This document shows positions 26,809-34,925 of a stretch of DNA of 34,925 bases, one piece after another. This DNA is from Bacillota bacterium. Its GTDB lineage: Bacteria > Bacillota > Sulfobacillia > JAJZYS01. Where the stretch lies: the NCBI GenBank assembly GCA_021797925.1, contig JAJZYS010000003.1, positions 1-34,925 of the forward strand. The letters are read 5' to 3'. The position numbers and the translations under genes are program-made. The stretch's first letter is position 1. Every line of letters starts with the position of its first letter. Below the pieces are notes generated by a model. The model was not told the DNA's origin. It searched no databases and saw only the letters and a program-made list of their open reading frames with translations.

Positions 26809-27408
26809 GTTGGGGTGGCGCAGTATTCTAGTCGATCGCCCACTCCCCCAGGGCGGGCCTAAAAATTCGCCGAAGGGCACATCGATGAAGTTCCTGGTGC
26901 TGGCTTTCCACGCCCAGTGGGGGGTCGGTGCTGGGAGTTAAGGGGGACGGGGCGGCCCGCAATGGCATGTGGGCGACCACCCTGCCCCCGTGGAGACCCG
27001 AGCTCGTGGGAGCCCACCGACGGGTCGCCTACGTCTCGGGACAGAACCTGCATGCGGTACCCATCATGGTGTGGTGCTGTGTGCAGCGTAGCCTGCCTTG
27101 AGCTTGAGCGGGAGAGGTCAGGACAGCCCCGCGCCCGAGGCCTCGGACGCGGGTACCGCGAACGACTGAAACCGCTGCGGCAAAAGAGGCTAAGGGAAGT
27201 GGGAGTCGGGGAGGAAAACTCCTAGACTGTTCGGAAACGAGTTCCCGCGGGGATTGCAGTGTGGACTCAGTGGTAATCTAGCCTCGAGATCGGCGACGAC
27301 TCGACACGGAACGAACGGGGAACCGCCGGGACGGCGACGTCCGGTTATCCGGAGGGGAAAGCCAGCTAGACCTAAGCCGCAGCCTTGACCCGCGGGATGC
27401 CACCCAAC
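26809..27408 (+). ncRNA. ole: OLE RNA (ornate large extremophilic RNA)
   Basis: Conserved OLE blocks GCAGTATTCTAGTC, AAGGGCACATCGATGAAGTTCCTGGTGCTGGC, GCTGGGAGTTAA, GTAGCCTGCCTTGAG, GCAAAAGAGGCTAAG, GAGGAAAACTCCTAGACTG, GGATTGCAGTGTGGAC and TAGACCTAAGCCGCA; terminal stem GTTGGGGTGGC / GCCACCCAAC; followed immediately by oapA and dxs. Confidence 0.93.
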
Positions 27409-27427
27409 CTTCCGTTGGAGGAATCTC

Positions 27428-27979
27428 TTGAAGCGGACGTCGCGGGGACTGGATCCGGCTCGAGCCTTTCGAGTGGGTGGACTTAGCCTCGTGGCGGCCG
27501 CGATGGTAGCTTACGGAACGCAGACGGCCGAGACCGGCATCGGTCCCGTCGGAGCGTTCCCTTTGTTGCTGGGAATCATCCTCGTCACCACGATTTTTGA
27601 TATCATCGGGGTGTCGGTGACGTCGGCGGACTCGGCGCCGTTCTTCGCCCAGGCGTCGCGGCGGCAGCGGGGGGCCCGGCAGAGCTTGTGGCTGCTCGCC
27701 AACGCTGATCGCGTGGCCAACGTGTGTACGGACGTGGTGGGCGACATCGCCGGCACGGTCAGCGGTGCGCTGGCGGCCGGAGTGGCGGTACACTGGACAG
27801 GCCCCGAGCCGGAACCGCTCAAGGTGGCGCTGGTCGTGGGAATCGTCTCGGGGTTCACGATCGGACTGAAGGCGGTGGCCAAGACGGTTGCAATCCGGGA
27901 AGCCAACCGGGTGATCCGCAGCACCGGGCGCGTTCTCGCCCTGGTGTGGGTGCCCAAGCGCGGGAGTCAGGGGCGGTGA
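27428..27979 (+). CDS. oapA: OLE-associated membrane protein A
   Basis: IFDIIGVSVTSA...PF..A.RR..GA....L..NADRVAN.C.DVVGDIAG..SG signature; directly downstream of OLE; GGAGG RBS and TTG start. Confidence 0.9.
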   Translation: MKRTSRGLDPARAFRVGGLSLVAAAMVAYGTQTAETGIGPVGAFPLLLGIILVTTIFDIIGVSVTSADSAPFFAQASRRQRGARQSLWLLANADRVANVCTDVVGDIAGTVSGALAAGVAVHWTGPEPEPLKVALVVGIVSGFTIGLKAVAKTVAIREANRVIRSTGRVLALVWVPKRGSQGR

Positions 27980-29862
27980 GCCGCCATCTGGAGCGCATCC
28001 ACAGCCCCCACGATGTCAGGTCGCTGGACGCCCAGGCGCGGGTGGAGCTGTGCCAGGAGCTGCGTGAGCAGATCCTCAGGACCGTCTCGGAGCACGGCGG
28101 TCACCTGGGCGCCAGCCTGGGGGTGGTGGAACTCACCGTGGCCCTGCACACGGTGTTCGAAAGCCCGCGCGACCGACTGGTGTGGGACGTGGGACATCAG
28201 GCGTACGCCCACAAGCTGCTCACCGGGCGCGCGGATCGCTTCGACACCATCCGCCAGCACGGGGGGCTGTCGGGGTTTTTGCGGCGCAGCGAGAGCCCCC
28301 ACGACGTGTTTGGGGCGGGGCACGCGTCCACCGCCATTTCGGCGGCCCTGGGGATGGCGCAGGCGCGCGACCTGCGCGGCGAGCGCCACGCCGTGGTGGC
28401 CATCGTGGGCGACGGGGCCCTCACGGGCGGACTGGCGTACGAGGGACTGAACAACGCCGGCATGCTGGGGTCGGACCTCATCGTGGTCATGAACGACAAC
28501 TCCATGTCCATCTCTCCCAACGTGGGGGCGCTCTCGCGCTACCTGACCCGGCTCCGGGCCGATCCCGCCTACGCCCAGATGAAGCGGGACATCGAACGGC
28601 TCATGGGGCTCGTGCCGGTGCTGGGACACCGGGTGACGCGGGTGGTCGAGCGGGTGAAGGACGGCCTGCGCCACGTGCTGGTGCCCGGCGCCTTCTTCGA
28701 GGCCCTGGGCTTTCGATACCTCGGGCCCATCGACGGCTACGACATGACCGAGATGATCCAGGTGCTCAAGAACGCCCGGGAGATGGGAGGCCCGGTGCTG
28801 GTCCACGTGGTGACCGAGAAGGGCCGGGGTTACGGCCCGGCCGTCAGCGCCCCCGACCGCCTTCACGGGGGCGGGCCCTTTGACTTGGCGACCGGGCGCG
28901 CCAAGGCGCCCGCGACCGCCACCCCGTCCTTCTCCCAGGTGATGGCCGAGACCCTCTGCCGCCTGGCCCGCACCGACCGCCGCATCGTGGCCATCACCGC
29001 CGCGATGGCGGACGGGACCGGACTTTCCCGGTTCCGCGAGGAGCATCCCAGCCGCTTCTTCGACGTGGGCATCGCCGAGGAACACGCGGTGACCTTCGCC
29101 GCGGGACTGGCGAGCCAGGGCATGCGGCCGGTGGTGGGGATCTACTCGACCTTCATGCAGCGGGCGTACGACCAGGTCATCCATGACGTGGGGATCCAGC
29201 GCCTGCCGGTGCTCTTCTGCCTGGACCGGGCGGGACTCGCGGGCGAGGACGGGGCCACCCACCACGGCAGCTTCGACCTCACGTACATGAACGCCATCCC
29301 CGGCCTGGTGGTGGCGGCGCCACGCGACGCGCGCACCCTGAGCGCCCTCATGGAGACCGCGCTCGCCCACGACGGGCCCATGGTGATCCGCTACCCCAAG
29401 GCGCCTGCCGGGCGGATCGGACCGCAGCCCGAGGGGCCGCTGCCCATCGGGAAGGGAGAGATGCTGCGCCCGGGACGCGACGCCGCCCTGATCGCCGTGG
29501 GCGCCATGGTGCCCGTGGCCGAGGCGGCGGCGGACCTCTTGGCGGCGCGCAACATCTTCGCGTCGGTGGTGGACGTGCGGTTTCTCAAGCCGCTCGACTG
29601 CGACCTGATCCTCGAGGCGACGCGGGACGTGCCCGTGGTCGTCACGATCGAGGAGGGGGCGATCACGGGCGGCCTCGGCGCACGGGTGGCCATGTTGCTG
29701 GGCACCCTGGGCGTGGAGCGCCGGCTCAGACTCCTGGGCCTGCCCGACCACTTCATCGAGCACGGACGGCGGGAGGAGCTGCTCGAGGAGGCGGGACTGA
29801 CGCCGGCCGCCGTCGCCCAAGCGGTGGGCGAGCTGGCGGGAGCGGCCATGGATGCGTCTTGA
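27976..29862 (+). CDS. dxs: 1-deoxy-D-xylulose-5-phosphate synthase
   Basis: GGHLGASLG, WDVGHQAY.HK, GDGALTGG..EGLNN, NDNSMSI, FDVGIAEEHAVT, YSTFMQRAYDQ and DGATHHG motifs. Confidence 0.98.
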   Translation: MSRHLERIHSPHDVRSLDAQARVELCQELREQILRTVSEHGGHLGASLGVVELTVALHTVFESPRDRLVWDVGHQAYAHKLLTGRADRFDTIRQHGGLSGFLRRSESPHDVFGAGHASTAISAALGMAQARDLRGERHAVVAIVGDGALTGGLAYEGLNNAGMLGSDLIVVMNDNSMSISPNVGALSRYLTRLRADPAYAQMKRDIERLMGLVPVLGHRVTRVVERVKDGLRHVLVPGAFFEALGFRYLGPIDGYDMTEMIQVLKNAREMGGPVLVHVVTEKGRGYGPAVSAPDRLHGGGPFDLATGRAKAPATATPSFSQVMAETLCRLARTDRRIVAITAAMADGTGLSRFREEHPSRFFDVGIAEEHAVTFAAGLASQGMRPVVGIYSTFMQRAYDQVIHDVGIQRLPVLFCLDRAGLAGEDGATHHGSFDLTYMNAIPGLVVAAPRDARTLSALMETALAHDGPMVIRYPKAPAGRIGPQPEGPLPIGKGEMLRPGRDAALIAVGAMVPVAEAAADLLAARNIFASVVDVRFLKPLDCDLILEATRDVPVVVTIEEGAITGGLGARVAMLLGTLGVERRLRLLGLPDHFIEHGRREELLEEAGLTPAAVAQAVGELAGAAMDAS

Positions 29863-30685
29863 CGAGGCCCTTGTCCAGCGCGGACTTGTGCCCACCCGCA
29901 GCCAGGCGTTCACGGCGGTTCTCGACGGAAAGGTGTGCGTGAACGGCCAGCCGGCCCGCAAGGCGGGGCAGAAGGTGGGACCGCTGGACGAGTTGACGGT
30001 GACAAGGCCCCCGATGTGGGTGAGCCGGGGCGGGGAGAAGCTCGCCCACGCGCTGGAGCGGTTCGCGCTCCCCGTCGCGGGCCTGCGCGCGCTGGACGTC
30101 GGGGCCAGCACCGGCGGGTTCACCGACTGTCTGCTGCAGCGCGGCGCCCGGGAAGTGGTGGCGGTGGACGTGGGCTACGGGCAGTTTCACTGGAGGCTCC
30201 GCCACGACCCCCGGGTGCGGCTCCTGGAGCGCACCAACGCCCGGTACCTGGAGCCCGCCGCGATCGGCGGCGCCGTCGAGCTGTGCGTGATCGACGTCTC
30301 GTTCATCTCGCTCGCCAGGATGTGGCCGGCCGTCCGCCGGTGCCTCGTGCCCGAGGGCCGGGGCGTGGCGCTGGTGAAGCCCCAGTTCGAGGCGGGCCGG
30401 TCGGAGGTGGGGCGGGGCGGGGTGGTCCGCGACCAGGGCGTTCACCGGCGGGTGCTCGCGGACGTGGAGCGCTCCGCCCGCGAGGCGGGCATCGGCGCCC
30501 TGGACCTCGTCCCCTCGCCGATCCTCGGTCCCAAGGGCAACGTGGAGTTTCTCATGCTCCTGGGGCCCCTCGAGGCCCCGCTGGACCCGAGGATCGTGGA
30601 TGCGGTGCTCGCCGAGGCCAGGCTCCTGACCGTGCGCAGGGGTCCGGCTCCGGGGGAGGGCCCGCGCCATCCTGTGACCCCCTGA
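29852..30685 (+). CDS. tlyA: TlyA family rRNA 2'-O-methyltransferase (YqxC-like)
   Basis: S4 domain; VSRGGEKL, DVGASTGGFTD, DVSFISL, LVKPQFE and SPI.G..GNVEF motifs. Confidence 0.96.
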   Translation: MRLDEALVQRGLVPTRSQAFTAVLDGKVCVNGQPARKAGQKVGPLDELTVTRPPMWVSRGGEKLAHALERFALPVAGLRALDVGASTGGFTDCLLQRGAREVVAVDVGYGQFHWRLRHDPRVRLLERTNARYLEPAAIGGAVELCVIDVSFISLARMWPAVRRCLVPEGRGVALVKPQFEAGRSEVGRGGVVRDQGVHRRVLADVERSAREAGIGALDLVPSPILGPKGNVEFLMLLGPLEAPLDPRIVDAVLAEARLLTVRRGPAPGEGPRHPVTP

Positions 30686-30697
30686 CCGGGGCCCGCG

Positions 30698-31453
30698 TCA
30701 GGTCTCCCGGGGAACCCCGGCGCCGTGGAGGAAGAACGCCACCAGGCGGTCTGCGGTGGCCCGGTTGCACGGGAAGAGGAGCTCTCCCCCCTCGCCCCGT
30801 GCCCCCACCATGGCCATGAGGGCCACGAAGGCGTGGGCGAGGAACACCGGATCCTGGTCCACAAGCTCGCCCTCGGCGATCCCCCGGGCCATGGTTCGCA
30901 CCAGCAGCGCGGTGACGCGTTGCTGGGCCGAACGGATGGACCGGTAGAGTTCGGGCGGGAGGGTGGGCTCCGCTTCCCGCAGCAGCGACTCCGTGTCCCG
31001 CCCCGTGGCCACCGACTCGAGCCGGTTGGCGGCCAGCGCCACGAGGCGGTCGCGCAGGGGGGCCGGCTGGTCGACGACGGCCTCGAGGGCCGACGCCACA
31101 CGGTGCAAAAGTCCCACCAGGGCCTGCGTGAACAGCTCTTCCTTGCTATGGAAGTGGTAGTATAGACTTGCCTTGGTGAGGCCGGCTCCGCGGGCGATGT
31201 CGTTGAGCGACACGCTGGCGAATCCCCGGTGGCGGAACTGGGTGATGGCGTTGCTCAGGATGTGATCCCGGGTGGAGACGTGGGCGAGAGGGTCATCGGC
31301 GCCCGGTCGTCCCGGGCCCCGACGGCGCTGAGGGTCAACGGTCGGGTTCCCGCCGGTCGGGGTCGGGGTGAACGGCTCTTTGGGCTTCGCAGTGCTCGAC
31401 TCCTCATGCGTGGATGTGGATGTTGGCACGAGGCCACGAACCGTGGGGTCCAC
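30698..31453 (-). CDS. TetR/AcrR family transcriptional regulator (start uncertain, low-complexity N-terminus)
   Basis: TR..IL..A...F...GF..VSL.DIA..AGLTKASLYYHF.SKEELF HTH. Confidence 0.9.
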   Translation of the reverse strand: MDPTVRGLVPTSTSTHEESSTAKPKEPFTPTPTGGNPTVDPQRRRGPGRPGADDPLAHVSTRDHILSNAITQFRHRGFASVSLNDIARGAGLTKASLYYHFHSKEELFTQALVGLLHRVASALEAVVDQPAPLRDRLVALAANRLESVATGRDTESLLREAEPTLPPELYRSIRSAQQRVTALLVRTMARGIAEGELVDQDPVFLAHAFVALMAMVGARGEGGELLFPCNRATADRLVAFFLHGAGVPRET

Positions 31454-31638
31454 CGTCCAACGATAGCACTATAGCACACGATGGCCGTGGCGGTTGCGAT
31501 GGGGCGCCATGGTGGCGCCCGGCCGGCGTCAGGATGTCGGACTCTCATGCGATCCCCAGGGAAGTGTGCCACCATGGCGTCAAGGGGACGGCGTCAAGGC
31601 TCCTCGATCGAGGGGCGGGTCAGGATGAGGTGAGAAAG

Positions 31639-31926
31639 ATGGACGAGAACGTCGACGCCCAGATCCACGGGCGCGAGGTGGTGCGCGGCGGCGTGCACGG
31701 CTGGGTGGATCGCGTGCTGCCGGGCATGGCGCGGGTCCGCTGGGAGGGCGTCGAGGAAGGTGCGCGGGAGCAGGAGTGGATGCCCCTCGAGGAGGCGCGC
31801 CAGCTGATCGTGGGCACCGATCCGCGGACCAGCGACCTGCCCGTGGGGGCGGTGCTCCGGAGCCTGGGGTGGACCATGATGGTGTGGCTCGTGCCCATGC
31901 TGCTGCTGCTGCTCATGCGTCGCTGA
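31639..31926 (+). CDS. Small hypothetical protein with C-terminal TM helix
   Basis: GAGGTG RBS and ATG; GC3-biased codons; G.V..V...ARVRWEG......EW.P resembles a small beta-barrel; hydrophobic tail ending in RR. Confidence 0.7.
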   Translation: MDENVDAQIHGREVVRGGVHGWVDRVLPGMARVRWEGVEEGAREQEWMPLEEARQLIVGTDPRTSDLPVGAVLRSLGWTMMVWLVPMLLLLLMRR

Positions 31927-32120
31927 CGCCCTCGCACGGCTAAAGCCGTGCGGGCGGCGAGGATGTGAGGCGCTCGCGCCCGAGCGTGGCGCGGGCCTTG
32001 CCGTGTCACCGAGTCGGCCTCGGGTCCACGATGTCCCCGTGGGCGGGGACGGCGGTGGCGCCGGGGGAGGGAATCGGGGAGCCCTCGACGAACCGAGCCG
32101 GGGTAAGGTGGAGGATATGG

Positions 32121-32999
32121 TTGGAGAACATTGGCCTGGTCGTCCACGCGGGCAAGCCGGCAGCGGTGGACCTGGCGCGCAACCTGGTGCACTGGTGCCA
32201 GACTCACGGCTTCACGCCCATGACCACCCCCGAGCTCGGGGGCGTGCTGGGCATCGAGGGCGCGCGCCCCGTGGCCCAGTGGCCCGAGGATACGCGGGTC
32301 GTCCTGGTCCTGGGCGGGGATGGGACACTGCTGGGCGTGGCCCCCGACCTGGCACGGCGGGGTTTCCCCGCCGTGGGGGTCAACCTGGGACGGCTGGGCT
32401 TTCTCACCGGCATGGAGCCCGTAGACCTGCCCGACGGCCTGGAGATCCTCCTTGACGGCCGCGGCATCACCGAGGAGCGGATGCTGCTCGACGTCGAGGT
32501 GCGCCAGGGGAACACCCGCCGGGCCCGCTACCTGGCCCTGAACGAGGTGGTGGTGGCCAAGGGGCCTCTGGCCCGGCTGGTGCGACTGGAGGCGCTGGTC
32601 GACGGGCGAAGCATGGCCACCTATCCGGCCGACGGACTGGTCCTGGCCACGCCCACGGGCAGCACCGCGTACGCCCTCTCCGCCGGGGGCCCGGTGGTGG
32701 AACCCACGCTCAGTGCCGTGGTCGTGGCGCCGATCTGCCCCCACTCCCTGTACAGTCGATCCATGGTCATCCACCCCGCCCACGAGGTGAGCGTTCGTGT
32801 GGTGGGACCGCACCGGGAGGTGTTCGTCACCGTGGACGGTCGGCTCGGACGGGCGCTGGAGGAGAGCGAGACGGTGGTGGCCTCGCGTTCCTCGCTCACC
32901 CTCAAGCTCCTGCGCCATCCGGACTGGCGGTTCTTCCAGATGCTCATGCCCAAGCTGCGCGATTCCGACCGCGTGGGATGGGAGGACCCGACCCCGTGA
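32121..32999 (+). CDS. nadK: NAD(+) kinase
   Basis: GGDGTLL, GVNLGRLGFL, LNE, DGL..ATPTGSTAY.LSAGGP and PICPH motifs; TTG after GGAGG. Confidence 0.96.
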   Translation: MENIGLVVHAGKPAAVDLARNLVHWCQTHGFTPMTTPELGGVLGIEGARPVAQWPEDTRVVLVLGGDGTLLGVAPDLARRGFPAVGVNLGRLGFLTGMEPVDLPDGLEILLDGRGITEERMLLDVEVRQGNTRRARYLALNEVVVAKGPLARLVRLEALVDGRSMATYPADGLVLATPTGSTAYALSAGGPVVEPTLSAVVVAPICPHSLYSRSMVIHPAHEVSVRVVGPHREVFVTVDGRLGRALEESETVVASRSSLTLKLLRHPDWRFFQMLMPKLRDSDRVGWEDPTP

Positions 33000-33445
33000 A
33001 GGCCAGGCGGCAGCGCATGATCCTGGAACTCATCAGCCGGCGGGCCATCTCCACCCAGGAGGACCTGACGGCGGCGCTGGCCGAGGAGGGGATCCATGCC
33101 ACTCAGGGGACGGTGTCCCGGGACGTGCGGGAGCTGGGACTGCTCAAGGCCAAGGCCGGAGACGGTCGGCTCCGCTACGTGCCCCAGCGCCAGGTGGAGG
33201 CTCCCGCCGACCGGCTGCTGCGCATCTTTCGCGAGTGCGTGCTCAAGGTGGAGTCGTCGGGCAACATCGTGGTGGTCTCCACCATGACCGCGACCGCCGA
33301 CGCCGTGTGCGAGGCCATCGACGGGATGGCCCTGGCGGAGGTGATCGGCACCATCGCCGGGGAGCGCACGGTGTTCCTCGTGGTCCGCCCGCCCGAGGCG
33401 GGCGAGGTGGTCACGGAGCGGCTGAGGGGCTGGATGGGCGGATGA
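32996..33445 (+). CDS. argR: Arginine repressor family regulator
   Basis: K..RQ..I..LI....I.TQ..L...L...G...TQ.TVSRD..EL wHTH; GTIAG C-terminal domain; nadK-argR-recN synteny. Confidence 0.92.
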   Translation: MKARRQRMILELISRRAISTQEDLTAALAEEGIHATQGTVSRDVRELGLLKAKAGDGRLRYVPQRQVEAPADRLLRIFRECVLKVESSGNIVVVSTMTATADAVCEAIDGMALAEVIGTIAGERTVFLVVRPPEAGEVVTERLRGWMGG

Positions 33446-33479
33446 GCCGGGCTGGATGCGGGACGGAGGCCCGACGGCC

Positions 33480-34925
33480 GTGATCCTGAGCCTGGGGCTT
33501 GAGGATTTTGTCCTGGCGGAGCGCGTGGATCTGAGGTTCGAGGACGGGTTCACGGTCATCACCGGCGAGACCGGCAGCGGCAAGTCCATGCTGCTCAGGG
33601 CGATCGCCTTGGGCTTGGGCCAGCGCGGCGGGAGCGAGACCATTCGCCACGGAGCCGACCGGGCGGTCATCGAGATGGAGCTGTCCGACGCCGCGGGGCA
33701 GGTGCGCGTGCTGCGCCGCGAGATCGGGCCCGCGCGCAGCCTGTTCCGCCTGGACGGGCACGCGGCGACCCAGGCGCAGGTCAGGGCCCTGTGTCACGAC
33801 CTGGTGCAGGTGGTCAGTCAGGGTCAGGCGGCGGAGCTGGAGGATGAGGCTCTGGAGCGCCGGTGGCTGGACGCGCTGGGCGATCTGGCCGAGCAGGTGA
33901 ACGAGATGCGCCAGGCCTACCTCGCGTACGCGGCGGCCACGGAGCGCATCGAAGGTCTCGGCGCGGACCCGAAGGAGCGGGAGCGCCGCATGGACCTTTT
34001 GCGCTACCAGGTGCGCGAGCTCGAGGAGGCGGCGCTGACCGAGGGGGAGGAGGAGGTCCTCGCCCGGGAAGCCCGGCGCCTGTCGGGACACGACCGGCTG
34101 GTGCGATCGCTGGCGACCGCGCTGCAGGCGCTGGGAGCGGACGGGTCCGGGGCCCGCGACCGCATCGCGGCGAGCGTCGGGGAGCTCAGCGCCGCGGCGC
34201 AGATCGATCCGGAGATTTCGCCCGTGCTGGAGGCGGTGCGCGAGGCCGGCTACGGGGTCGAGGAGGCGGTGCGGGACCTCACGGCCTATCTCGAGGACCA
34301 TCCGGGGGAGCCGGGGCGACTGGAGCTCGTGGAACGGCGGCGGGAGAAGCTCTACGAGCTCGGACGCAAGTACGGGGCCACCACCGGCGAGATGATCGCG
34401 TACCTCGACAGGGCGCGCGCGGACCTTTGCGCCATGGAGGACGCCCACGAGCACATGCAGGCGCTGGTCCGCGACCGGGAGCGTCTGCTCGAGGCGGCGC
34501 TCGGCTGCGCGGTGCGCCTGCACGAGGCGCGCGCCGCCGCCGCTCCCTCGAGCGCCCGGCGCATCGCCGTGGCGCTCGAGGGGCTGGGTTTTCAGGGCGG
34601 GGCCGTGGAGATCGACGTGGACTGGGCCACCCGGCCCGGCTCCCCCTTTGTCATGGACGGGCTCCCCCTGGCCGTGGACGAGACCGGCGCCAGCGCGGTG
34701 CGGTTTCTCTTCCGGCCCAACCCCGGGGAACCGGCCCGGCCGCTGGGCGAGGTCGCGTCGGGCGGTGAGCTGTCTCGGCTCATGCTGGCCCTGGCCAGTG
34801 TGAATCCGGGACAGGAGCGCACGCTGGTGTTCGACGAGATCGACCAGGGCCTCGGCGGCGAGGCCGCGGAGCGCGTGGCGGAGCGCCTCAGGGAGCTGGG
34901 CAGGACCCGCCAGGTGGTGGCCGTG
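33480..34925 (+). CDS. recN: DNA repair protein RecN (3' truncated by window)
   Basis: GTG after GGAGG; TVITGETGSGKS Walker A, coiled coil, ASGGELSRLMLAL signature, LVFDEID Walker B. Confidence 0.96.
   Translation, partial: MILSLGLEDFVLAERVDLRFEDGFTVITGETGSGKSMLLRAIALGLGQRGGSETIRHGADRAVIEMELSDAAGQVRVLRREIGPARSLFRLDGHAATQAQVRALCHDLVQVVSQGQAAELEDEALERRWLDALGDLAEQVNEMRQAYLAYAAATERIEGLGADPKERERRMDLLRYQVRELEEAALTEGEEEVLAREARRLSGHDRLVRSLATALQALGADGSGARDRIAASVGELSAAAQIDPEISPVLEAVREAGYGVEEAVRDLTAYLEDHPGEPGRLELVERRREKLYELGRKYGATTGEMIAYLDRARADLCAMEDAHEHMQALVRDRERLLEAALGCAVRLHEARAAAAPSSARRIAVALEGLGFQGGAVEIDVDWATRPGSPFVMDGLPLAVDETGASAVRFLFRPNPGEPARPLGEVASGGELSRLMLALASVNPGQERTLVFDEIDQGLGGEAAERVAERLRELGRTRQVVAV

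Noticed and set aside
26487-26862. Short ORFs 26487..26756 and 26545..26862 upstream of OLE
   Set aside because: No clear RBS or recognisable motif, and the longer one runs across the OLE promoter and 5' end; a gene remnant cannot be excluded
26859-27225. ORFs 26917..27225 (+) and 26859..27053 (-)
   Set aside because: They lie inside the OLE RNA and show no protein-like composition; treated as spurious
29852-30685. TlyA as a haemolysin or virulence factor
   Set aside because: Standard housekeeping position after dxs with intact methyltransferase motifs; nothing in the sequence supports a toxin role
1-34925. Long antisense and alternate-frame ORFs (e.g. 8292..10760 -, 20505..22793 +, 27967..30123 -)
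   Set aside because: Arg/Gly/Pro-rich shadow ORFs expected at high GC, overlapping well-supported genes
1-34925. CRISPR array, tRNA or rRNA genes
   Set aside because: No regularly spaced repeats, cloverleaf or rRNA signatures were noticed by eye

Overview
Very GC-rich chromosomal segment from an endospore-forming Bacillota (Firmicutes). The backbone is the conserved aroQ-pepP-efp-spoIIIAA..AH-accC-asp23-amaP-DUF2273-nusB-folD-xseA-xseB-ispA-[OLE RNA]-oapA-dxs-tlyA-nadK-argR-recN region. A ~600-nt OLE non-coding RNA (~26809-27408) and its partner gene oapA are recognisable directly in the sequence. Two accessory inserts interrupt the backbone. The first is a ~12 kb minus-strand block between ispA and OLE. 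It encodes a BTAD/AAA/TPR (SARP-STAND) regulator, a 1662-aa secreted protein (two Ser/Thr-rich pore-hairpin-like segments, IPT/TIG and Big_1 repeats, C-terminal tandem GWN domain), an SLH-anchored partner, an MFS remnant and a DUF423 gene. This block is the best candidate for an undescribed surface-displayed effector/anchor system. The second insert is a TetR gene plus a small membrane protein between tlyA and nadK. Oddities in core genes: apparent ACG and CTG starts for nusB and folD, a FolD lacking the cyclohydrolase Lys/Gln, an ArgR with GERT instead of GDDT, and accC without accB. All calls come from motif recognition and synteny; no database searches were run.
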